Shown: piece by piece, positions 1-8,386 of the stretch
Position numbering within the stretch: the first letter of the stretch is position 1
How the letters are laid out: each line of letters starts with the position of its first letter
From: Candidatus Cloacimonadota bacterium
Lineage (GTDB): Bacteria > Cloacimonadota > Cloacimonadia > G963667145
Assembly (NCBI GenBank): GCA_963667255.1
Contig: OY762940.1
Span: 556,510 to 620,509 of the forward strand
Length of the DNA stretch: 64,000 nucleotides
Reading direction: 5' to 3'
The notes under the pieces: generated by a model
Databases searched by the model: none
The model's input: only the letters and a program-made list of their open reading frames with translations
What the model was told of the DNA's origin: nothing
Program-made: the position numbers and the translations under genes

Positions 1-2331
1 AAACTCAAAATAACAGTTGGCAGCACCGGTGTAAGCGGTATTTTTGGAATATTAAAAGCCACGGAAAGCGGTAGATTTATCCAAAACTTCGCCATTATGA
101 ATTCCACAATTAACGGCGACAAGAATTGTGTGGGAGCTTTTGCCGGAGTGGATGCCAGCCCCTCAGGTAGACCCTATACATTCAAGAATCTTCTTTCTTA
201 CAACAATAGGATTACCACTACGGGCGACTCTGTGGGTGGCATAGTGGGTAGTGCTCCTTATGCGACCATGACCAATTGTTTGGTAGTGAACGGATATTTG
301 GAGGCAAAAAATCACTTGGGTGGTCTGTCCTCTAAGGTGAAAGATTTGGTTAATTGCGGTGTGATAGTAGATACCATGAAAATAACTAATGCCAACGGGA
401 CTATCAACCGATTGGGAAATGTAACTGAAGGTTCGACTGTTGGCGTAGGTTGGTATTTTGGCAAAGTGTTAAAAGCTACTACAGCATTGTCGCCTGCTGA
501 TAGTCCAAATAATAATAACACTGCAACAGGCAACAACGCTACTGCTGGGAATTTTGTAGATTCCACTTATTGGAAGGACAGAGGGTTTACCCTTGCTAAT
601 GGATGGTTGCCTGCTCCAACGGGTAAATTCCAAGTAGCACCAACTCTGAAGAGCATGAACTATGACAGTATAGTGGTGGGCGGACTGTATCCTACCAGTG
701 GAGACGGAACGATTGCCAGTCCATATAAGATTACCGATACGCTGGGATTGAATATGTTGCATTTCTTCGTCAGTGGAGGACCTCTTGCAGGGAAGTATGT
801 TGAGGTTGAGATGCCTACTTGTTCTGCTGGCAATAATGTGATAGATTTGGGCAACTCCAGTAGCAATTGGGAACTCGACTTGAACGGAACTGAAGATGGT
901 AACTGGAGACCGATAGCCGATTTCAGCGGAAACTTGAATTTCAAAAATGGTGGTGTTGACCATTTGAAAATTCAACAAAGCTTTAACAGCAATCAAGGAT
1001 TTTTCGCTTCTGTTACCAGTGGTTATGTGAAAGGTATGGGAATTTACAATTCGAGATTGTCCGGTTGCACCGGAAATGTAGGATGCTTGATAGGTGAGCT
1101 TAGCGGTGGCTCTGTAGAGGCTGTTGTCGGTAGGCAAAATACCATCGTCAACGGTGCTACTGTGGGTGGATTGGTAGGTAAAATTTCTGGTGGCTCTATC
1201 AAACAAGGAATATTTGTTTGGAGTAGTCTCAACTCAGGAACGATTGTTGGTGGAGCACTTGGTAGCTTTGTAAGCGGTGATATTTCCCGCATAGCTGCCA
1301 TGGGTAATAAGATATCCTCCGAAAACTCTGTTTTTGTTAATACGATATTGGGTTCTGGAGCGAAAAATATAAATACCGACACGCTTATATGTGACAGCAC
1401 ACTAACGATTATCGGTTCGGGCAATGGGGCTTTCCCGAGTGCTGAAGACGGGAAATTGTATACCATGGTTAACCACATAGGCGACAATAGCTTGTGGACG
1501 AGCAATGGCTTTGACTCTATTACCTATTTCAGAAATTTGAATGAAACCAGAATTATCTTCACTCTAAAAAATGTTCCTCTGGCTGTAGATGACGGTATTA
1601 TGCCTACCTTGAGAGGAGATGGGACTTACGCTGTTCCATACCAAGTCTTTAATCCGGCTTCCTTGAAACAGGTAGGTTACGAGAAATATGTCCAAGGACC
1701 ATACTATTTTGTTCAGACTGCCAATATTGATATGAGCGATGTTCCGGACTTCTGGCCTATAGGTTTGAAAGATAATAACAATATTTATAACAAAACTTGT
1801 GACGGTTTTAAAGGCGTTTATAATGGTCGCGGATACAGAATCTCCGGATTGCATGTTGCTGACACTACCAAGGATTATGCAGGATTATTTGCCAAATCTG
1901 TTGGTTTCACCGATACTATTAAAAATGTTGTTTTGGATAGTGCCAGTATCGTGGGAACTAAATGGGTCGGTGCTCTTGTTGGCTATAACGATAGTGCTGT
2001 TATACAAGATTGTAGAGTGTTCAAATCTACTGTTAGACAATCTATTGCAAGCATTGTAGCTGGAGGAGTGGGCGGTATTGCAGGATACTCCAGCAAGACA
2101 GTAACCAGATGCTTGTCCGTGAACAACTATATGGCGAGTGGTAATAAAACAAATGATACCAAGATGGGCGGTATCGTGGGTCAAGGTGAGAGTTTGACAG
2201 TTAGCTATAACGCTGTTGTGGGAGCACTGTTCATCAATGAGAAGAGTAGCTTCGTAGGTAGGATATTGGGAGGTGGTAGTTCTATTATTTACACCAAGAA
2301 CTACAGTTGGGAAGGTGTGATGGTCAGATAG
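1..2331 (+). CDS. GLUG-motif repeat cell-surface/adhesin-like protein; 5' end lies outside the window
   Basis: Frame 1 is open from base 1, with no stop before the ATG at 97, so the ORF is truncated by the window edge. G-G-[ILA]-[VAS]-G motifs recur every ~20-30 aa (VGGIVGS, VGGLVGK, VGGALGS, VGALVGY, VGGIAGY, MGGIVGQ), as in GLUG/beta-helical surface repeats. Confidence 0.6.
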   Translation, partial: KLKITVGSTGVSGIFGILKATESGRFIQNFAIMNSTINGDKNCVGAFAGVDASPSGRPYTFKNLLSYNNRITTTGDSVGGIVGSAPYATMTNCLVVNGYLEAKNHLGGLSSKVKDLVNCGVIVDTMKITNANGTINRLGNVTEGSTVGVGWYFGKVLKATTALSPADSPNNNNTATGNNATAGNFVDSTYWKDRGFTLANGWLPAPTGKFQVAPTLKSMNYDSIVVGGLYPTSGDGTIASPYKITDTLGLNMLHFFVSGGPLAGKYVEVEMPTCSAGNNVIDLGNSSSNWELDLNGTEDGNWRPIADFSGNLNFKNGGVDHLKIQQSFNSNQGFFASVTSGYVKGMGIYNSRLSGCTGNVGCLIGELSGGSVEAVVGRQNTIVNGATVGGLVGKISGGSIKQGIFVWSSLNSGTIVGGALGSFVSGDISRIAAMGNKISSENSVFVNTILGSGAKNINTDTLICDSTLTIIGSGNGAFPSAEDGKLYTMVNHIGDNSLWTSNGFDSITYFRNLNETRIIFTLKNVPLAVDDGIMPTLRGDGTYAVPYQVFNPASLKQVGYEKYVQGPYYFVQTANIDMSDVPDFWPIGLKDNNNIYNKTCDGFKGVYNGRGYRISGLHVADTTKDYAGLFAKSVGFTDTIKNVVLDSASIVGTKWVGALVGYNDSAVIQDCRVFKSTVRQSIASIVAGGVGGIAGYSSKTVTRCLSVNNYMASGNKTNDTKMGGIVGQGESLTVSYNAVVGALFINEKSSFVGRILGGGSSIIYTKNYSWEGVMVR

Positions 2332-2365
2332 TCTTTGACAAGAGAAAATTTATAATAAGAAAATA

Positions 2366-2399
2366 GGGAACAACAATTTACTTGCTGTTCCCTTTATTT
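2366..2399. terminator. Rho-independent-type hairpin between convergent genes
   Basis: GGGAACA (2366-2372) pairs with TGTTCCC (2386-2392), and the stem can extend with one mismatch. It is followed by TTTATTTA and lies between the GLUG protein (+) and the PHP gene (-). Confidence 0.55.
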
Positions 2400-2457
2400 A
2401 TGCTGAAAATAGTTATCCAATCAGTTGGTTAGGATAGTCGTGAGAAGCCCAAACAGA

Positions 2458-3270
2458 TTATATTTCGGGCAAAAAAACTTTGCTGACCTTGGTGCAGTGA
2501 TAGTCTCCGAAATTCTTGTTTTTGGTCGGCCAATGGAAGTCGCTACCGCCTGTCACGAACAAGTCGTGTTCTCGGGCAATCTCCAGATAGTTGCTTACCT
2601 GATTTTTGCTGTGAGAGGTGTAGTAAGCCTCCAGTCCCTCTATGCCCATATCTATCAAGTCGTAAATATTCCGTTCGTGATTTAGACGAAACGGATGAGC
2701 CAACACGGAAATTCCGCCTGATGCTTTGATAGCTTTTATCACTTTTTGCGGAGAGAGTGCTCTTTTGGGAGTGAAGGTCGGCGACTCTTCCACCAGATAT
2801 TTATTGAAAGCCTCCGCATAGGAGTTGGCGTAACTGGCTTTGACCAAGGCGTTTGCCAAATGTGGTCTGCCGAGAATGTGCGTTTTCTCCGTTTTGATGT
2901 CGTCCAGAGTGAGGAAAACATCGTATTCGGCGAGTTTCTCTATGAACCGTGATATTCTGTCTTCCCTCTCTTGCAGATTATACTCTATCACATCCAAAAG
3001 GGCTTTGTGCGTCGGGTCAAAATTGTAAGCCAAAATGTGAACATCAAGCCCTTCGTGAAAACAGCTGATTTCTATCCCCGGGATGAGCTTGCATCTGTAA
3101 TCGGAGGCAATCTCTTTTCCATGCAGATAGCCGTCAATATTGTCGTGATCGGCAAAAGCGATGACATCGAGCTTTTTGCTGTCCGCCATATGCAAAATCT
3201 CCTCCGGCGAGTAAATCCCATCGGAGAAGTTGGTGTGAATATGTAAATCTACCTTTAGAGGTTGTAACAT
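2458..3270 (-). CDS. PHP-domain phosphoesterase (TrpH/YciV-like)
   Basis: Has the VDLHIHTNFSDG and AFADHDNIDG metal-binding motifs. I prefer the internal ATG at 3270-3268 (MLQPLKVDLHIHT) because it overlaps the dapA stop as TGATG. The longer ORF to 3378 would overlap dapA by 108 nt. Confidence 0.8.
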   Translation of the reverse strand: MLQPLKVDLHIHTNFSDGIYSPEEILHMADSKKLDVIAFADHDNIDGYLHGKEIASDYRCKLIPGIEISCFHEGLDVHILAYNFDPTHKALLDVIEYNLQEREDRISRFIEKLAEYDVFLTLDDIKTEKTHILGRPHLANALVKASYANSYAEAFNKYLVEESPTFTPKRALSPQKVIKAIKASGGISVLAHPFRLNHERNIYDLIDMGIEGLEAYYTSHSKNQVSNYLEIAREHDLFVTGGSDFHWPTKNKNFGDYHCTKVSKVFLPEI

Positions 3271-4154
3271 CAAATTAGCTTGTATCTTTTTAGAACTTGT
3301 TTCAAATTGTTGCTTTGCTCGTCGGACAGCGGCCACATCGGTAAACGATACTCCCTCTTTATCATGCCCATTTGCCACAGAGCGTCTTTCACAGGGATAG
3401 GATTTGTTACCATAAACATAGCCGAGTTGAGGTCGGACAGATATTGGTTAGCTTTCACAGCGTCTTGTTGATGCCCCTCTTGCCAGTTTCGCACCATATC
3501 ACTGATAGCTTTCGGTGCGATATTGGATGTAACGGAAATCACGCCTGTGCCAGATGCCGCCATGATGGGAATAGTAACATCGTCATCTCCAGAGAGCAAG
3601 ATGAAATCGTCGGGAGCATCTTTCAGGATTTTGGTTACTTGCACCAAATTCCCCGTTGCCTCTTTGATGCCCACTATCCTATCGAAGTCGTTAGCCAATC
3701 TCGCAGTGGTAGCCGCTTCCATATTCATTCCCGTGCGCGACGGCACATTGTAGATGACTATAGGGATGTCGGTGTTTTCCACTACGGCTTTGAAAAATTG
3801 ATACAAACCTTCCTGAGTTGTCCTGTTGTAATACGGAGTGATGACCAAAGCGAAATCCGCACCGAGTGCCTTGACCTTGTTGGTAGCTTTTATCGATTTA
3901 TCGACATTGTTGGTGCCAGAGCCGACCATCACGGGGACTCGTCCGTTGATTTTTTTTATTCCGAATTTGATAACCTCTTCTTTCTCCTCATCAGTCATAG
4001 CCGGAGCTTCGCCAGTTGTGCCCAATATCAATAGTCCATTCACACCGTTATCGATTTGATAATCAATAAGATTTGCAAATGCGTCAAAATCAACACTCTT
4101 ATCCTCATTAAATGGGGTAATAAGAGCAGTCCAAGTTCCTTGTAATCTTTCCAT
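3270..4154 (-). CDS. dapA: 4-hydroxy-tetrahydrodipicolinate synthase
   Basis: 294 aa. Has the typical DapA N-terminus (ALITPF...VDF..F..LI..QI..GV.GL...GTTGE) and is full length. Confidence 0.9.
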   Translation of the reverse strand: MERLQGTWTALITPFNEDKSVDFDAFANLIDYQIDNGVNGLLILGTTGEAPAMTDEEKEEVIKFGIKKINGRVPVMVGSGTNNVDKSIKATNKVKALGADFALVITPYYNRTTQEGLYQFFKAVVENTDIPIVIYNVPSRTGMNMEAATTARLANDFDRIVGIKEATGNLVQVTKILKDAPDDFILLSGDDDVTIPIMAASGTGVISVTSNIAPKAISDMVRNWQEGHQQDAVKANQYLSDLNSAMFMVTNPIPVKDALWQMGMIKREYRLPMWPLSDEQSNNLKQVLKRYKLI

Positions 4155-4181
4155 TATATCTCCGTAAAATTATTGTAGCTA

Positions 4182-5366
4182 TTAATAATAGTCTCCATAG
4201 CCGCTGGAAGAGCTTTTTTGTTCGTTGTTTTCAGTCTGTTCAGCTTGCTCTTCTGTGCTTTCTTCGGCAGGAGTCTCAGTTATCTCTTCTTGATAAGTTT
4301 CCTCTTGTTTCTGTTCAGTCTCGCTTGAGCTTTCTCCATAAGGATTTTCGGTTGCTTCTGCTGCCTCAGCTTGAGGATTTTCGGTTGCTTCTGCTGCCTC
4401 AGCTTGAGGATTTTCGGTTGCTTCTGCTACCTCAGCTTGAGGAGTATAGGTTTGCTCCAATTCTGACTCAGCGGGAATTTCTTCGGTTACATTTTCGTTA
4501 TCTATCGGAGTTGTCTCTGCTTCCAAATCCTCAATCTCATCTTGATACTCATCAATATTTGTCTCATTAGCTATATCTGTCGCAACCGGTTTTTTCTTTT
4601 TTTTCTTTTTCTTCTTTCCTGTCAATTTGGACAGTTGACTGAGATTAGCCAGTTGGCTGAGTTCGGAGAGTTTGCTCAAATCTTTCAGTTGCAAGAGGTC
4701 ATACATTTTGTGCATCTCCAAGACAGAGCTCAACTTTTGTAACTCTTGTAATTTTGTGAGTTCTTTCAGCCGAGAAAGCTCTTGCAACTGCGAAAGTTGT
4801 GCCAATTGTGCCAAGTCTTCCGGCAACTCCAACTCATCATCTTCGTCATCTTCCTCATCATCCTCTTCTTCAGCGGCGGCTTCGGCTCTCAGTCTTGCTT
4901 CGGCTTCTGCTTTCAGTTTCAACTCCAAAAGCTCTTTTTTCTTTCTATTTTTTTCTTCTTGTTCAAGTAGTTTAGTTACTTTTTGGTCATCAATGACAAT
5001 ATTTGTGTCAGGCTCTTCATAATCTTTTGCAGACGCTGTTTTTACAGAGAAAAAGTATGTTCCGTGTTGCGTATAAACGATGAGATTTGTGTCGTGTTTA
5101 CCTCGTTTTGGCATCAAAATCAGATGGACTTTATTCACAATTTTGATATCAATAAGACTTTTCTTCTCATCATTATTAATCACGAAATCCAAAATCTCTT
5201 CAGGCAAAGTGATGTTGGTAGAGACATTGTTCTCTACAAATACAGTAGTATTTTTTTGTGTTTTTTTTGTAAAATCGTCCTTTCTTTCTATAGTTTCTTC
5301 AGTAATTTCTTCTTCGATAGCTTCGGAGGAATTTTCTCCAAAAATGTTTTGAGCTTCATATTCCAT
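4182..5366 (-). CDS. Highly acidic low-complexity repeat protein, function unknown
   Basis: 394-aa ORF with a globular-looking N-terminal ~130 aa. This is followed by an E/D-rich stretch, blocks with Leu at every third position, a K9 run and 3 copies of NPQAEAAEATE. No signal peptide is seen. Confidence 0.6.
   Translation of the reverse strand: MEYEAQNIFGENSSEAIEEEITEETIERKDDFTKKTQKNTTVFVENNVSTNITLPEEILDFVINNDEKKSLIDIKIVNKVHLILMPKRGKHDTNLIVYTQHGTYFFSVKTASAKDYEEPDTNIVIDDQKVTKLLEQEEKNRKKKELLELKLKAEAEARLRAEAAAEEEDDEEDDEDDELELPEDLAQLAQLSQLQELSRLKELTKLQELQKLSSVLEMHKMYDLLQLKDLSKLSELSQLANLSQLSKLTGKKKKKKKKKPVATDIANETNIDEYQDEIEDLEAETTPIDNENVTEEIPAESELEQTYTPQAEVAEATENPQAEAAEATENPQAEAAEATENPYGESSSETEQKQEETYQEEITETPAEESTEEQAEQTENNEQKSSSSGYGDYY
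4341..4439. repeat. 33-bp tandem repeat x3 inside the acidic protein gene
   Basis: aggattttcggttgcttctgctgcctcagcttg occurs at 4341-4373, 4374-4406 and 4407-4439. The third copy has one substitution (g to a). Confidence 0.95.
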
Positions 5367-5384
5367 ATTGTCTCCTTCTTTTTT

Positions 5385-6167
5385 TTAATCTTTCCAAAAA
5401 AGCAGAAAGTCAAAAAAGCCTTTTTTTTCTCTCCATGGCACACCCCTTTTTTCCAACCAAAGTTGTGCTTCAGCACTTCCCAAACGGGCTGCTTGTTGGT
5501 AGTCTTCTATTGCTTTGTTTTCAAAATCTTTTTTTTCGGCAATTTGAGCATATATTAGGTAGCCGTCTGCAGAATAGGGGGATTTTTCCATTAACCTGTC
5601 AATAACTTCGACAGCTTCATCGTATTTTCCTTGTTTATAATAAAATCTTGCAAGGAACAGAAAATTCATCTCAACGGGTGCATTTTGTAATTCATTTTTG
5701 TAGCAATCGAGAGCGTAATCGATCTCTTTGTGGTATTCATGGATTCTGCCTAAATAGTAATTGGCATTGACTCTACCGGGGTCGTTGTTCAAAGTTTGGA
5801 TAAAATAATTTTTTGAGTTCTTATAGTCACCAATGCAATAGTAGGTGAGTCCCAATCTATAATTGATGGTATTCGGCTCTATCCACTCCACTTTTTTATA
5901 ATTTTCTAAGGCTTCGCTATATCTTTTTATTTTGAAATAGCAATCTCCCATTCCTTGGTAACCGATAACATTTCTAGGGTCTTCCTCTACAACCTTTGTG
6001 TAACAATAGATGGCGTCTATATACCTTTCATCTGCATAAAATTGTTCAGCTTTACCAATCTCTTCCAAGACATTGAACTGTTCACCCCACAATCCGTGAA
6101 AAAGGCACGAAAAGAGCAAAACAATCGAAAGTCTAAACCAAGTTTTGGACATACTCATCAACCTCAA
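5385..6167 (-). CDS. Secreted TPR-repeat protein
   Basis: N-terminal hydrophobic signal-like segment (WFRLSIVLLFSCLFHGLWG), followed by repeated TPR-like A/Y/G patterns (YYCIGDYKNSKNYF, YYLGRIHEY, ARFYYKQGKYDEA). The start is ambiguous (Met 1, 4 or 6) and overlaps the ftsY 3' end. Confidence 0.7.
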   Translation of the reverse strand: MRLMSMSKTWFRLSIVLLFSCLFHGLWGEQFNVLEEIGKAEQFYADERYIDAIYCYTKVVEEDPRNVIGYQGMGDCYFKIKRYSEALENYKKVEWIEPNTINYRLGLTYYCIGDYKNSKNYFIQTLNNDPGRVNANYYLGRIHEYHKEIDYALDCYKNELQNAPVEMNFLFLARFYYKQGKYDEAVEVIDRLMEKSPYSADGYLIYAQIAEKKDFENKAIEDYQQAARLGSAEAQLWLEKRGVPWREKKGFFDFLLFWKD

Positions 6168-7098
6168 AAAATTTTAAATTTTCTTTTTTTTCTCCCAAGC
6201 CCATCAGCTTAACGGGAATATTGTATTTTCTTTGGATTCCGAAGACTACACCGCCTTTCGCACTGCCGTCAAGTTTGGTGATAGCCACTCCGCTGAGGGA
6301 ACAAATTTTGTTGAACTCTTCCAGTTGAATCAGACTATTTTGACCCAAGCAACCATCCAAAACAACTATGGTTTCGTCAATTCCGTTTGGCAAGAGTTTT
6401 TTTGCTATTTTGCTGATTTTTTCCAGTTGTGCCATCAGGTTGGAATTGTTGTGCAATCTGCCGGCGGTATCTATGAGCAAAATGTCGTATTTTAGCTTTA
6501 TCGCCTGCTCGACACCCCTATAAACCACAGCGGCAGGGTCTTCGTTCATTTTGGCATCAATGAAATGGCAGTTCGCAGTTTCGCTCCAAATCTTCAATTG
6601 GTCGATAGCTCCGGCACGAAATGTATCCGCAGGCACGAGACAAACCGATTTTCCTTGTTGTCGCAAATTCCAAGCCAATTTGCCGATGGTGGATGTCTTG
6701 CCGACACCGTTCACGCCGACAAACATCAAGGTAGTCGGAGAGTTGGCGAAGTTAAATTTGCTCTGTTCTTTGTCGTAATCTTGGTGCAAAATATCTGCGA
6801 GAATTTCCTTGAGAGCGTCTGAATCGATTTTGCTTCTGCTTTTTATCTCACTCAGTATCTGAGAGCAACTATCCAAGTCGATATCTGCTTGAATTAGTTT
6901 TTCTTCCACTTTGGACAAAATTTCTTGCGTGATGTCTGTGTTGAATATTGAAGAGAAAGAGTGGAAAAGTTTTGGTTTGAGGGATTTTTCCGTGACCAGT
7001 GAAGAGGCGGCTTTGTTCTTTTTCTTGAAACCCAAAAATAAAACAAAAAAAAGGCACAGCAATATAGCTGCACCTATTATCAGGTATGATAAATTCAT
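6133..7098 (-). CDS. ftsY: Signal recognition particle receptor FtsY
   Basis: Has an N-terminal TM anchor and the SRP-GTPase motifs GVNGVGKTSTIGKLA, DTAGRLH and TKLDG. Confidence 0.9.
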   Translation of the reverse strand: MNLSYLIIGAAILLCLFFVLFLGFKKKNKAASSLVTEKSLKPKLFHSFSSIFNTDITQEILSKVEEKLIQADIDLDSCSQILSEIKSRSKIDSDALKEILADILHQDYDKEQSKFNFANSPTTLMFVGVNGVGKTSTIGKLAWNLRQQGKSVCLVPADTFRAGAIDQLKIWSETANCHFIDAKMNEDPAAVVYRGVEQAIKLKYDILLIDTAGRLHNNSNLMAQLEKISKIAKKLLPNGIDETIVVLDGCLGQNSLIQLEEFNKICSLSGVAITKLDGSAKGGVVFGIQRKYNIPVKLMGLGEKKENLKFFEVDEYVQNLV

Positions 7099-7105
7099 AA
7101 ACTAA

Positions 7106-7369
7106 TTATTCAGCAAATTTCTTGTTGATAAATTCTTGCAATCTGCTTTTTCTACGAGCGGCAGTTCTTTTGTGAATAACACTAGTTTTGGCAGCCTTGT
7201 CCAATTTGGAAAAAACCTCTCTCAAAATAGCCAAGCATTGTTCTTTGTCAAGGTTACCTTTTGTAATCTTCTTGGACAAGGTGGAAATAGTCGCTTTCAC
7301 GAAGTGGTTTCGAGCATTTCTTCTCTTGTCTTGTTTCAGTCTCTTTTCGCACGATTTATGTTCAGGCAT
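7106..7369 (-). CDS. rpsT: 30S ribosomal protein S20
   Basis: 87 aa and basic, with a KSCEKRLKQDKRRNARN start typical of S20. An AGGAG sits 6 nt upstream of the ATG. Confidence 0.9.
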   Translation of the reverse strand: MPEHKSCEKRLKQDKRRNARNHFVKATISTLSKKITKGNLDKEQCLAILREVFSKLDKAAKTSVIHKRTAARRKSRLQEFINKKFAE

Positions 7370-7524
7370 TTTTCACTCCTAAAAAGTTTATAATTATTAG
7401 TGTTTAAAAAAAATAGGCATAAAAAGTGTCAAGAGAAAAACTCTTGATATTAAAAAAAGTGATTTTCAAGTTTCAATAAAACTATTTTAGTTGACAGAGA
7501 GAGTGTCTGCCAAAGAGTTTGAGT

Positions 7525-7848
7525 ATGAAAAGATTTGTAAAGACATATCATTTTGACGAAGATTTCTATTTGGATGAGCTGGATAGCCTGACTGAGCATA
7601 ATGTAAAGAGGGAATACGAGAAGACGGGCGAAGTGGAGGTTGGCGTTTCCAGCGCTTATCAGATGATGCTTGTCAGGAGAAAGCAAGAGGAAGATTCTAA
7701 GAAGATAGATGAGCTGGAGCATGCTGTAAAGTTCTTGAAGCGAAAACTGACTATCTCCTTGTTTGTTAATCTGCTCTGCTTTTTGTTTCTGTTCGTTGTC
7801 TTCATTTTGAGCGTTCAAAAGATTTTGACAGTGATTTCTGCGTTGTAA
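7525..7848 (+). CDS. Hypothetical tail-anchored membrane protein
   Basis: ATG at 7525 preceded by AAAGAG. The body is charged and helical, and there is a single C-terminal TM segment (ISLFVNLLCFLFLFVVFILSV). I recognise no family. Confidence 0.45.
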   Translation: MKRFVKTYHFDEDFYLDELDSLTEHNVKREYEKTGEVEVGVSSAYQMMLVRRKQEEDSKKIDELEHAVKFLKRKLTISLFVNLLCFLFLFVVFILSVQKILTVISAL

Positions 7849-7876
7849 TTCAGTTTCCTTTCTAAGGAGAGACAAA

Positions 7877-8386
7877 ATGAGTTGGATTAAAGAGTTTATA
7901 GCGGATATTCCCGATTTCCCCGAAAAAGGTGTCATATTCAAGGATATTACGCCTCTTCTGAGTAGTGAGAATTTTGCTAAATCCGCCAAAGAGATGATAG
8001 AGAACAGTGGTGTGGATTGGGATGAGATAGAGGCTGTCGCCGGCATAGAGTCCAGAGGATTTGTGTTTGCCAGTGCGATGAGTGCCATCTTGGGCAAGGG
8101 TTTGGTGCTTATCCGCAAAAAGGGGAAATTGCCTCCGCCATTTTTGGCTAAACTCTCCACGAACGAATATGCGAGAGAGGTGTTGGAGGTGAAGCCGGGG
8201 AACAAGAAAATCTTGATTGTTGACGATGTGCTGGCTACGGGTGGCACTCTGCAAACGGCGTATGAGCTTTGCCAAGAAGCAGGTTACGAGGTCAAGGGTT
8301 TCAGTGTTCTCGTGGATTTGCCGTTTTTGCACGAAAGGGATTTTAGGGTAGCCGGAATGAAAGTGAAAAGTTTGGTGGTTTACTGA
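7877..8386 (+). CDS. apt: Adenine phosphoribosyltransferase
   Basis: 169 aa. Has FPEKGVIFKDITPLL and the PRPP-binding loop ILIVDDVLATGGT. Confidence 0.9.
   Translation: MSWIKEFIADIPDFPEKGVIFKDITPLLSSENFAKSAKEMIENSGVDWDEIEAVAGIESRGFVFASAMSAILGKGLVLIRKKGKLPPPFLAKLSTNEYAREVLEVKPGNKKILIVDDVLATGGTLQTAYELCQEAGYEVKGFSVLVDLPFLHERDFRVAGMKVKSLVVY

Noticed and set aside
2458-3378. The full 306-aa version of the PHP ORF, with a 36-aa N-terminal extension.
   Set aside because: The extension lies entirely inside the dapA coding region. An internal ATG sits exactly on the dapA stop (TGATG) and starts right before the conserved VDLHIHT motif.
4590-4619. The poly-lysine A/G tract as a phase-variation switch.
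   Set aside because: The longest pure homopolymer is only 8 nt and the tract is interrupted. I mention it within the acidic-protein finding but do not call it a contingency locus without population data.
7450-8247. A 265-aa minus-strand ORF. Similar long antisense ORFs occur at 469-1206, 9052-9843, 11364-12188, 15742-16659, 30554-31423, 32805-33467, 40559-41461 and 47575-48747.
   Set aside because: All are shadow ORFs antisense to confidently identified genes (apt, the GLUG protein, purH, alaS, mreB, ispG, the TPR protein, argS and purA). They have no motifs and show skewed composition.
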